The position numbers were made by a program, and so were the translations under genes. This document shows positions 49,194 through 57,447 of a stretch of 64,000 nucleotides of DNA, one piece after another; positions within the stretch are counted from its first letter, which is position 1; every line of letters starts with the position of its first letter. The notes below the pieces were generated by a model. The model had not been told where the DNA came from and searched no databases. It worked only from the letters and a program-made list of their open reading frames with translations. The stretch is from an uncultured Gammaproteobacteria bacterium (GTDB lineage: Bacteria > Patescibacteriota > Patescibacteriia > UBA1558 > S5-K13): assembly GCA_964640635.1 (NCBI GenBank), contig CAZXFD010000001.1, positions 96,163 through 160,162 on the forward strand, in the 5' to 3' direction.

Positions 49194-50912
49194 ATGCAAA
49201 AGAAAAAGTGGCAAGTTATGCCAAAAATTAGTGAAGAATTTATTAAGGAATTTCCAGATTTGAATCCTATAGTTTTGCAGTTACTTCAAAATAGAAAAAT
49301 AGATACTCAAGTTGCTATAGATGAGTTTTTTAATGCTGATTATATTGATGATACTCATGATCCATATTTACTTATTGATATGAAAAAGGCAGTGGATAGG
49401 GTATATAAAGCGCTAGAAGACAAAGAAGAAGTTCTTATATATGGTGATTATGATGCTGACGGAGTGACAAGTTCAGCACTTTTGGTAGAAGTATTAGAAA
49501 GTATTGGAATAAGGGCAGAGGTATATATTCCTCATAGAGAAAAAGAGGGTTATGGACTTAATTTGAGCTCAGTACAAGAAATAATAGATAGAAAATTTAA
49601 TCTTGTTATTACGTGTGATTGTGCTATTACAAACGTTCTTGAAGTAGAGCTATTTAATAAAAACAATATTGATGTAATAATCACCGATCATCACAAAGAG
49701 CCCGCTATACTTCCAAGTGCCTACGCTATTATTCATGCAGGATTAAAGCGAGAGACAAAATATCCATTTCATATTTTACCAGGAGTGGGTATTGCATATA
49801 AATTTGCAGTTGGTATTTTGCAAAGTGAAAAATGTCATTTATCAGACAAAGACAAGGAAATTGCAGAAAAATGGTTGCTAGATTTGGTGGCTATTGGAAC
49901 TGTTGCCGACATGGTACCTCTTGTCGGAGAAAATAGAACGCTTGTTAAATATGGGCTTATGGTAATGAAGAAAACACGAAGATTAGGACTTGAAAAATTG
50001 TATGAAATAGCTGGCACAAATGTAGAAAAATTAAATAGCACTACAATAGGATTTCAAATAGGACCTCGTATTAATTCTGCAGGTCGCATTGGTCATGCAA
50101 ATACATCTTTTGAATTACTTCGCAGTAAAAATTTAGAAAGGTCTATTGAAATTGCAAATGAACTTAATTTGAACAATAGAAAAAGACAAGACATTACAAA
50201 CAAAATTTTATCTCAAGCAAAATCACAGCTAGATTGTGTGGATAAAGATACGAAGTTAATCTGGGTATATGATAAAAGTTGGAACCTTGGAGTAGTAGGA
50301 CTTGTTGCTGGAAAATTGTCTCAAGAATATTATAGACCAAGTTTTGTTTTTGGATATGATGGAACACTTTGGACGGGTTCTGCTCGCGGAATTGATGAGA
50401 TAGATCTTATGGAGGTTATCACTAAAGTAGGAGATAAATTAGAGAGATATGGTGGACATAAGTCTGCAGCAGGATTATCTGTAAAGGAAGAAAACTTCGA
50501 AGAAATAAAAAATATTATTGAAAATGAAATAAGAGAAAAATTAAAAGATCAAGAACTCAGTCCAAGTGTGACACTTGATTGTGAAATAAATCTTGGAGAT
50601 ATTGATTGGGATCTGTGGGATTATTTGGACAAGTTTGAGCCATTTGGGATGGAAAATAGCAGGCCAAAATTCTTGATAAAAGATTGTAAAATAAATGATA
50701 TTAGTTTTATGGGAAAAGAGGATAATCATTTGCGTTTGCAAGTTGAGCAATTCGGAACAGTTAAGAGGGTTGTTGGATTTTCTATGAGCAAAAATTTTGT
50801 TGATATAAAAAAGGATGATAAAATTGATATGGTGGTAGAGCTTGATGTAAATGAATGGAATGGAAATAGAAGTCTAGAAATATACTTGTTAGATTTTAAG
50901 AAGGTTGAATAA
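49194..50912 (+). CDS. recJ: Single-stranded DNA exonuclease RecJ
   Basis: YGDYDADG, EGYGL, TDHH, GTVADMVPL, GPRINSAGR, GSAR, GGH.SAAG. Confidence 0.96.
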   Translation: MQKKKWQVMPKISEEFIKEFPDLNPIVLQLLQNRKIDTQVAIDEFFNADYIDDTHDPYLLIDMKKAVDRVYKALEDKEEVLIYGDYDADGVTSSALLVEVLESIGIRAEVYIPHREKEGYGLNLSSVQEIIDRKFNLVITCDCAITNVLEVELFNKNNIDVIITDHHKEPAILPSAYAIIHAGLKRETKYPFHILPGVGIAYKFAVGILQSEKCHLSDKDKEIAEKWLLDLVAIGTVADMVPLVGENRTLVKYGLMVMKKTRRLGLEKLYEIAGTNVEKLNSTTIGFQIGPRINSAGRIGHANTSFELLRSKNLERSIEIANELNLNNRKRQDITNKILSQAKSQLDCVDKDTKLIWVYDKSWNLGVVGLVAGKLSQEYYRPSFVFGYDGTLWTGSARGIDEIDLMEVITKVGDKLERYGGHKSAAGLSVKEENFEEIKNIIENEIREKLKDQELSPSVTLDCEINLGDIDWDLWDYLDKFEPFGMENSRPKFLIKDCKINDISFMGKEDNHLRLQVEQFGTVKRVVGFSMSKNFVDIKKDDKIDMVVELDVNEWNGNRSLEIYLLDFKKVE

Positions 50913-51036
50913 TGTCAAATATCAAATTTTCAATTTCAAATCAAAATCAAATATCAAAGCAATAATGACAATTTTTTTGAAATTTGATATTTGAATTTTA
51001 GAATTGATTTGACATTGGATATTGGAAATTTGATAT
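50912..51036. repeat. Inverted degenerate 7-nt repeat tract (TCAAATA / TATTTGA)
   Basis: ATGTCAAATATCAAATTTTCAATTTCAAATC ... TTTGATATTTGAATTTTAGAATTGATTTGACATTGGATATTGGAAATTTGATAT. Confidence 0.65.
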
Positions 51037-51049
51037 TAACATAATCTTT

Positions 51050-51451
51050 ATGAACAAAATAATAACATTTACTGACGGTGGTTCGAGAGGCAATCCAGGG
51101 CCTGCTGCAATAGGCGGTGTTTTATATGATGAAAATAAAAATCAAATTGACTCATTTAAAGAATGTATTGGAAAAACCACCAATAATCAAGCAGAATATC
51201 GTGCACTTCTTAAGGCACTAGAAATTGCAAAAAAACATAAAGCAGAAATAGTAGAGTGTTTCTTGGATAGTGAGCTTGTTGTAAAGCAAATGAAAAGAGA
51301 ATATAAGGTAAAAGATAAAGGATTGGCCATAATTTTTGTACAAATTTGGAATATTGTAATTGGTTTTAAAAAAATTAGCTTTCATCATATACCACGTGAA
51401 AAAAATCAAGAAGCCGATGCGCTTGTTAATGAGGCACTAGATAATGTTTAG
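51050..51451 (+). CDS. rnhA: Ribonuclease HI
   Basis: TDGGSRGNPGPA, TNNQAEY, LDSELVVKQ, HIPREKN..ADAL.N. Confidence 0.95.
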   Translation: MNKIITFTDGGSRGNPGPAAIGGVLYDENKNQIDSFKECIGKTTNNQAEYRALLKALEIAKKHKAEIVECFLDSELVVKQMKREYKVKDKGLAIIFVQIWNIVIGFKKISFHHIPREKNQEADALVNEALDNV

Positions 51452-51501
51452 GATTTAGAGTTTAGTGGTTAGTATTTAGAGCTTATTAAAGATATTAAAA
51501 T

Positions 51502-51529
51502 AAAAAACCGATTTATTGATTCGGTTTTT
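51502..51529. terminator. Bidirectional intrinsic terminator between rnhA and the structured region
   Basis: AAAAAACCGA-TTTATTGAT-TCGGTTTTT. Confidence 0.75.
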
Positions 51530-52631
51530 AGATAAAATTAAAAGACCTCAACTGGATTGGATGGGTCTTTTTAAAATTTTCCAGAAGTCCTAAGGAGTCT
51601 AACGACGTGGCGGGCTGCACCTTTCGGTCGCGACTAAGCTTATTGTCGTTTAGAGTCCAAAAGGACTTCTGGATGGTCTTATCTGGGAATACTCTATCTA
51701 GAGGCATATTTCCTCGGCGTGAGGTTCCCAGAGACCTATGGTTTCTTTTATTAACCCCTCTAGTCAATTAGACTGCGGGGGTCGTTTCCTGAAGTCTCAA
51801 GGGGGCTTGTAAGCAATTTGCGTAAGCGAGGTGCGAATTCATCTATACGCTTATCGATTCAAGCCCCAAAGAGAACGGGTATTCAATTCACATTGGGTTC
51901 GGAGGACCCATTGGCCTTGGTCTGCTCTTTGCTGACACAGGCCTGACTTTTTTAAAGTCTTGGTCCGTTTGATCCAATATTGGACCAATGTGAACTGATT
52001 GAATTAGGGCGCCTTCGCAATACGATTCTCTAGCTCTTATCGGAGGTTTTAGTCCGATGAGCAATTGAGCGAAGGCGCCAGGGACAAGGGTCGCGTGTGG
52101 CCAAAACTGTGTTCGCACCAAGCTAGGTACGAAAGGGCGCTCTTAAGCATAAACCCTTAACAAATTTTTGACTAACACGCCGATCGGGGCCTATCTTACG
52201 GGACCGGTTTCGTTCATGGGTATTACCGTTATAAAAAACGGAGTTACCATGTCACAGCCGGCAAATTGGTAGGCGCCGTGGGTTTTTTCTGGAGAGCCCC
52301 CATAGCTATTTCTGAGTGCTATGGGGCGGGTTCATTAAGAACCTGCATGCACATATTATAGCGCTTTTCTGAGTCCCAACAAATTGTTGGGGGTGCGCTT
52401 TGTGCGTATGGGGGCGCCAGGGGTGTCTAATGATCTTCGCTAAAAACTCGAGAGTATTGAATAGACGCGAAGACAACAAGACGGGCGACAAAAGACAGTA
52501 CTCATGCTTCTGCAAACTCCCTTATGCAATGTGCTTTTGGGGGAAAGTGGAGTATATGAGGTATCTTTTGTCAAAAAAATTTTTCTATTCGGAATTTCCC
52601 CCAAGTCTCGGGGGCTTTATTTTATCTGAGA

Positions 52632-52655
52632 CTAGGGCTGTCCACGTATGTTCAT
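52632..52655 (-). CDS. Putative micro-ORF MNIRGQP
   Basis: AAGGAGGT SD then AATC-ATG; paralogous to the 52702-52758 micro-ORF start. Confidence 0.35.
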   Translation of the reverse strand: MNIRGQP

Positions 52656-52701
52656 GATTACCTCCTTAAAGTTTTTTGATCAAGGTATACCGGCGGCGGG
52701 G

Positions 52702-52758
52702 TTACGGGCAGATCTTTAATTCCGGATGGTTGGCCATGGGTCTTCCTCGTGCATTCAT
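52702..52758 (-). CDS. Putative micro-ORF MNARGRPMANHPELKICP
   Basis: GGAGGT SD then ATC-ATG. Confidence 0.35.
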   Translation of the reverse strand: MNARGRPMANHPELKICP

Positions 52759-53037
52759 GATACCTCCAGGGGTATTATGGGGCGGGTTATTCCTCATCTA
52801 CCAATCAACACCTATTCAATAATTGAATTTTGTTGATTTCGGATGAAGAATTAATCGCAGGATGATCACGACTCCTTAGTCAACTAATATTTCTGACAGA
52901 GGGAGTCTTTTTTTCTTTATAACAGCAAGAAAGCTGTAGAAGAGTGGCTAAAATGGTAATTTGTTTATTTTCAAGGCACCAAAGATTAGCTCCTCTTAAA
53001 GAGTCTTCTACATTTTTCTTGCTGTTAATTTGAAGCG

Positions 53038-53103
53038 AATTGTTAATGTACAATAGAGCACTATAGCATGTCATAGAGTTCTTGTCAATAGTAGTTATCC
53101 ACA
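53038..53103 (-). promoter_or_regulatory. sigma70 promoter, boxA-like element and DnaA box driving the structured region
   Basis: Minus TTGACA(53083-88)-17 nt-TATAGT(53060-65) with extended TG; TGTACATTAACAATT (53038-52); TTATCCACA at 53095-53103. Confidence 0.75.
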
Positions 53104-53181
53104 GCTCTAAATTGGTCTAGGATTAGATAGTTCCTGAACTTGGGGTAGTAATTTAACTCAAAATTTGCTATTCTTAAAAAT

Positions 53182-54192
53182 ATGGAAAAAGAAGATAGCC
53201 AAAATATGAATTGGCCTATTTTAGGACATAAAAACATAGTCAAGTATCTAGAAAGGCTTATAGAAAAACAAGACTTTTTGCATACATATTTATTTACTGG
53301 ACCTCGTGATATTGGCAAGAAAACAATGGCCGACCTTTTTGTGAAATCTATATTTTGCTCTGACAAAAACTCTATTCCATGTAATCATTGCAATGATTGT
53401 ATTGAAATATCCAAGTTTTCTCACCCAGATTATATATTTGTAGACAGAGAAGAGGGAAAGAAAAATATTTCAATAGAACAAGTAAGGGATTTTCAAAGTA
53501 GAATGTCTAGAACTCCCATGAGATCAAAATACAAAATTGGCCTCATAAACAACGCCGACTCACTCAACAAAGAATCTGCCAATGCACTACTTAAGACAAT
53601 AGAGGAACCAAGTAAGAGTTCTATGGTGATATTGATGGCAGAAAAAATAGAAAATATTTTGCCAACTATTAGATCTCGTAGTCAAAATATTATTTTTAAC
53701 AATGTTTCAGATAGTGAAATTTATGAACACTTAAAATCTCTTGGATCTAGTGGTGATATGGCGCAGGAGTTATCAAAGTTTGCTGGAGGATCTCCGGGGA
53801 TAGCACTCCATTATTTTAAGAATCAAGAAGATTGGAATGCTCAGAAGATTTTTTTGAATCAAATGCTTGAAATAATAGATAATCCTTTGAATGAAAAATT
53901 TTTTTGGGTAGAGAGCATGGTAAAAAAAATTGGAAGTAAAGATAATCAGTATTTTTATTTTGAAAATTTGTTGGATAATTATCTAAAGATTGTTAGAGAT
54001 TTAATTATCTTTAAGATAGATCCCGAGCTTGACCTTATACATAATTTTTTACAAAGCCCTGTTGCTAAGATTTCTAGAAAATATAGCTATGATGAACTTA
54101 TTTCTTTTTATAAAAATATTTTAAGTGCAAAAAAAATGATTTTTCAAAATGTAAATCCTAGGATTATTTTGGAAAATATTTTAATAATATAA
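53182..54192 (+). CDS. holB: DNA polymerase III subunit delta'
   Basis: HTYLFTGP..IGK, PCNHCNDC, HPD, ANALLKTIEEP, LPTIRSR. Confidence 0.92.
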   Translation: MEKEDSQNMNWPILGHKNIVKYLERLIEKQDFLHTYLFTGPRDIGKKTMADLFVKSIFCSDKNSIPCNHCNDCIEISKFSHPDYIFVDREEGKKNISIEQVRDFQSRMSRTPMRSKYKIGLINNADSLNKESANALLKTIEEPSKSSMVILMAEKIENILPTIRSRSQNIIFNNVSDSEIYEHLKSLGSSGDMAQELSKFAGGSPGIALHYFKNQEDWNAQKIFLNQMLEIIDNPLNEKFFWVESMVKKIGSKDNQYFYFENLLDNYLKIVRDLIIFKIDPELDLIHNFLQSPVAKISRKYSYDELISFYKNILSAKKMIFQNVNPRIILENILII

Positions 54193-54202
54193 ACAAAAAA
54201 AT

Positions 54203-55276
54203 ATGGATTATAAAAAAATTATAAATGTATTAGTGATTCTATTTATAGTATTTTTTATTTCGGGTTGTAGTTTTAATTTGTCTTTGAAAAAGAGCCAGCC
54301 AGTTGGAATATTTGCAAGTTATGACAAAGGATCAAAGTGGGTTTCAAAAACAGAACTTTTAAATGTTGGAGAAATGAGAGCATTTTTTAATGGTTCTCAA
54401 ATTACATTTTTGAAAACAGACCCAAATGATTCCAAGATTATCTATGCTGGCACAATTGAAGATGGATTGTTTTATTCACTAGATAAGGCAAACTCTTGGC
54501 AAAGAACTCTTGCTTCAAAGGGTGTTGTAAATGATATCGTAATAGATCCAAAAGATTCATGTACTATTTATGCCCTTGTTAGCAATACTTTATACAAAAC
54601 AACAGACTGTGCTAGAAAATGGAAGGATATTTATTCTGAGTCTGGTAAGAGTTTGAAATCTATAGATCTAGACCCATTTAATACACAAATAGTTTATGTA
54701 GGAATTACAGATGGAAGACTTTTAAAAAGTAGTGATGGAGGATATCAATGGAGTGTTCTAAAGAGCTTCGATTCTTCTATAAATGAAATCTTGATAAATC
54801 CAAAAGATTCAAAGAAAATATATTTAGGATTAAAAAGTGATGGTATTTATAAATCTGATGACAGTGGAGAATCATGGAGAGACATAACAGAAGCTATAAA
54901 AGAAGTTGAAAAAGATGTAGAAATTGTTCCTAAGGGTGTTAAGTCTTTTAGATCTTTAATTCTTGATCCATCTAAGGAAGATTCACTTTTTTATGCAAGT
55001 CAATATGGGTTATTTGTTTCTGAAAACGGAGGAAATTCTTGGACAGGTATTAAGCTTTTGACAAAATCAAAAGCAGTAGATATTTATGCGCTTGCTATCA
55101 ATCCAAATAATTCCAAAGAAATTTATTATTCCACTCCTACTACTTTTTTGAAAAGTGTAGATGGAGGAAAAGAATGGATGAATGTAAAGTCTCCAAGTCA
55201 AAACTTGATTTACAGTATTCTAGTGGATAAAGAAAATGGCAATAATATATTTATAGGACTAAGAAGTCTAAAATAA
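54203..55276 (+). CDS. Lipoprotein with BNR/Asp-box beta-propeller (Ycf48-like)
   Basis: ISGC lipobox; repeated S.DGG.xW motifs. Confidence 0.85.
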   Translation: MDYKKIINVLVILFIVFFISGCSFNLSLKKSQPVGIFASYDKGSKWVSKTELLNVGEMRAFFNGSQITFLKTDPNDSKIIYAGTIEDGLFYSLDKANSWQRTLASKGVVNDIVIDPKDSCTIYALVSNTLYKTTDCARKWKDIYSESGKSLKSIDLDPFNTQIVYVGITDGRLLKSSDGGYQWSVLKSFDSSINEILINPKDSKKIYLGLKSDGIYKSDDSGESWRDITEAIKEVEKDVEIVPKGVKSFRSLILDPSKEDSLFYASQYGLFVSENGGNSWTGIKLLTKSKAVDIYALAINPNNSKEIYYSTPTTFLKSVDGGKEWMNVKSPSQNLIYSILVDKENGNNIFIGLRSLK

Positions 55277-55303
55277 TAAAATATAATTAAATAATAAAAA
55301 AAT

Positions 55304-55858
55304 ATGTCACCAATACTAGAAATTTTTAAAGAAGAGTATGATAGAGCGATTAATCATTACAAGGAAGAAATAGACAAAGTCAGGGCTGGAAAAGCAATTC
55401 CTGCAATGATTGAGGATGTTATGATAGAGTCCTATGGAACAAAAACCCCTATTAAGCAACTTGCATCTATTTCTGTTCCAGAGTCAACGATGCTTGTAAT
55501 AGAGCCATGGGATAAATCTATTTTAAAAGATATTGAAAGAGGTCTTTCTAAAGCAGATTTAGATATGAGTATTTCTGTTTCTGATAATGTTGTAAGAGCA
55601 AAAATTCAAGCATTGACAGAAGAAAAAAGAAAAGCACTTATTAAAATTTTACATGACAAAAGAGAAGACTCTAGAGTTTCAATAAGACAAATTAGAGATA
55701 AGGCAAGAAAAGACATAGAACAAAGAGAGGCAAACAAAGAAATGTCAGAAGATGAAAAATTTGATTTATTTAAAAAAATTGATGATCTTACAAAAGAAAA
55801 GAATCAGGTTATAGAAGAGATGACAGATAAAAAAGAAAAAGAGATAATGACGGTCTAA
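55304..55858 (+). CDS. frr: Ribosome recycling factor
   Basis: VRAGKA, SYG, QLASI, PWDKS, LTEE.R, KEKEIM. Confidence 0.95.
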   Translation: MSPILEIFKEEYDRAINHYKEEIDKVRAGKAIPAMIEDVMIESYGTKTPIKQLASISVPESTMLVIEPWDKSILKDIERGLSKADLDMSISVSDNVVRAKIQALTEEKRKALIKILHDKREDSRVSIRQIRDKARKDIEQREANKEMSEDEKFDLFKKIDDLTKEKNQVIEEMTDKKEKEIMTV

Positions 55859-55926
55859 TTAATATCAAATGACAAATTTCTAATGTCAAAAGATGGAAGA
55901 CGTTTTGTAATTTGTTATTTTAACTT

Positions 55927-55956
55927 TCCGCCAAAGGCGGATCAGCCTCCGGCTGA
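55927..55956. repeat. Tandem pair of short GC-rich REP-like hairpins
   Basis: TCCGCC-AAA-GGCGGA followed by TCAGCC-TCC-GGCTGA, 14 nt before the rseP ATG. Confidence 0.6.
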
Positions 55957-55970
55957 GAAATTTATTTAAT

Positions 55971-57077
55971 ATGATATTAACAATAATAGTTTTTTTTATA
56001 GTTTTGGGAGTTTTGGTCTTTGTTCATGAACTAGGCCATTTTTATAGTGCAAGAAAACTAGGAGTTGGGGTTGAAGAATTTGGTTTTGGTTTTCCTCCTA
56101 AGATTTTTGGTATCAAGAAAAATGGTGTTATGTATTCTCTCAACCTTATTCCAATAGGTGGTTTCGTAAAAATTAAGGGAGAATCTGGAGACAATGAAGA
56201 TGATTCAGATAGTTTTATAAATGCGCCAATTTGGAAAAGAATTATTATTCTTTCTGCGGGTGTATTTATGAATTTTGTATTAGCCTTTGTTTTGCTTAGT
56301 GTAGGATTTGGAATTGGTATTCCGTCATCTTTGGGCGGAGACTATGGTGATGCAAAAATAAGAGATCAAAAAATTCAAGTAATAAGTGTATATCCAGGCT
56401 CTCCTGCATATAAATCAGGTATTAAATTAGGAGATTATATAGTTTCTTTAGATGATAAAACATTCAGTACATCCGAAGAGCTTACAAACTATATAGAACT
56501 AAACCAAGAAAAAGAAATCTTAGTTAAAGTAAATAGTGTAAATGATGAAAAAACATTGACATTAAAACCAGAACAAATAGATAATTCCCTCAATAAAAAA
56601 ATTATAGGTGTTTCCTTGTCAGACACTGGTATCGTCTCATATCCTTGGTATAAGGCTCCACTTTATGGCTTTAGGGCAACTATAAATCTTACCGGTGCAA
56701 TATTTAAAGCACTCATTGATTTAATAGCTGGTCTTTTTTCTGGACATGGAGCAGAAGATGTATCTGGTCCTATTGGAGTAGCAGTATTTACTGGGCGTGC
56801 TGTTTCTATGGGTTGGCAATATATTTTACAGTTTATGGCAATATTATCTGTCAATTTGGCGATTATCAATATATTGCCATTTCCAGCTCTTGATGGTGGA
56901 AGAATAATGTTTTTGATTATAGAAAAAATTAGACGCAAAAAAAACAATCAAAAACTAGAAGCCATTATTCATAATATAGGATTTAGTTTTTTGATGCTTT
57001 TGATTGTTTTGGTAACTTTTAAAGATATTAGAACCTATGGTGGAAAGATGATAAGCGGTATAAAAAATATTTTTTAA
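55971..57077 (+). CDS. rseP: RIP metalloprotease RseP (M50) with PDZ domain
   Basis: HELGH, IPIGGFVKI.GE, SGPIG, NILPFPALDGG. Confidence 0.95.
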   Translation: MILTIIVFFIVLGVLVFVHELGHFYSARKLGVGVEEFGFGFPPKIFGIKKNGVMYSLNLIPIGGFVKIKGESGDNEDDSDSFINAPIWKRIIILSAGVFMNFVLAFVLLSVGFGIGIPSSLGGDYGDAKIRDQKIQVISVYPGSPAYKSGIKLGDYIVSLDDKTFSTSEELTNYIELNQEKEILVKVNSVNDEKTLTLKPEQIDNSLNKKIIGVSLSDTGIVSYPWYKAPLYGFRATINLTGAIFKALIDLIAGLFSGHGAEDVSGPIGVAVFTGRAVSMGWQYILQFMAILSVNLAIINILPFPALDGGRIMFLIIEKIRRKKNNQKLEAIIHNIGFSFLMLLIVLVTFKDIRTYGGKMISGIKNIF

Positions 57078-57091
57078 TGTAGATTTTATAT

Positions 57092-57394
57092 ATGAAGTTT
57101 AAAATAAAAGCAAATTTTAATGAAAATATCAATACAATTTTAAATGAATGTGGATATAGATTACATCCAAAGTATGCTGATAGTTATCTGCGAAGCATAT
57201 CAAGAGAGTTTTATCCCAGGTGGCATCTTTATATTAAAAATGAAAAAGATGTGATTGAATTTAATTTGCACATTGATCAAAAAAAGGCCTCTTATGAAGG
57301 CACAACTGCTCATAGTGGTGAATATGATGATGGAATCATAAAAGAAGAGGCAAAGAGAATAATTTCTATTTTATCAAAACACGTTGCAAAATAA
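57092..57394 (+). CDS. Conserved hypothetical protein
   Basis: YPRWHLY..NLHIDQKK.SY.G..AHSGEYD; operon spacing. Confidence 0.7.
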   Translation: MKFKIKANFNENINTILNECGYRLHPKYADSYLRSISREFYPRWHLYIKNEKDVIEFNLHIDQKKASYEGTTAHSGEYDDGIIKEEAKRIISILSKHVAK

Positions 57395-57447
57395 TGTTTT
57401 ACAAAATTTGAAATTCTGCTAAGATATATAAAATTTATTAGATAATT

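Larger units (their letters stand above)
51540..53052 (-). ncRNA. Candidate ~1.5 kb large structured non-coding RNA or hairpin array, family not recognised
   Basis: No credible long ORF; GC clearly above background; about 18 consecutive stem-loop domains; minus-strand promoter and boxA-like site at the right end, terminator at the left end. Confidence 0.7.

Noticed and set aside
51590-52879. 10-bp long-range complement CTAAGGAGTC / GACTCCTTAG closing the structured region
   Set aside because: About one such 10-mer pair is expected by chance in 1.5 kb, and both halves already have local partners; not used as evidence
51540-53052. 16S rRNA (similar length, boxA, anti-SD-like sequence), RNase P RNA, tmRNA or self-splicing intron
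   Set aside because: No universal 16S motifs (e.g. GTGCCAGCAGCCGCGGTAA), no RNase P GAGGAAAGTCC, no tRNA-like ends and no group II domain V seen on either strand; no interrupted host gene
51540-53052. CRISPR array or integron attC array
   Set aside because: No regularly spaced identical repeats, no RYYYAAC/GTTRRRY boxes, and no cas or intI gene in the window
51528-53074. ORF-track entries of 64-85 aa inside the structured region
   Set aside because: Short, mutually overlapping, several with non-ATG starts, no recognisable motifs, and composition unlike the genome's proteins; expected by chance in GC-richer DNA
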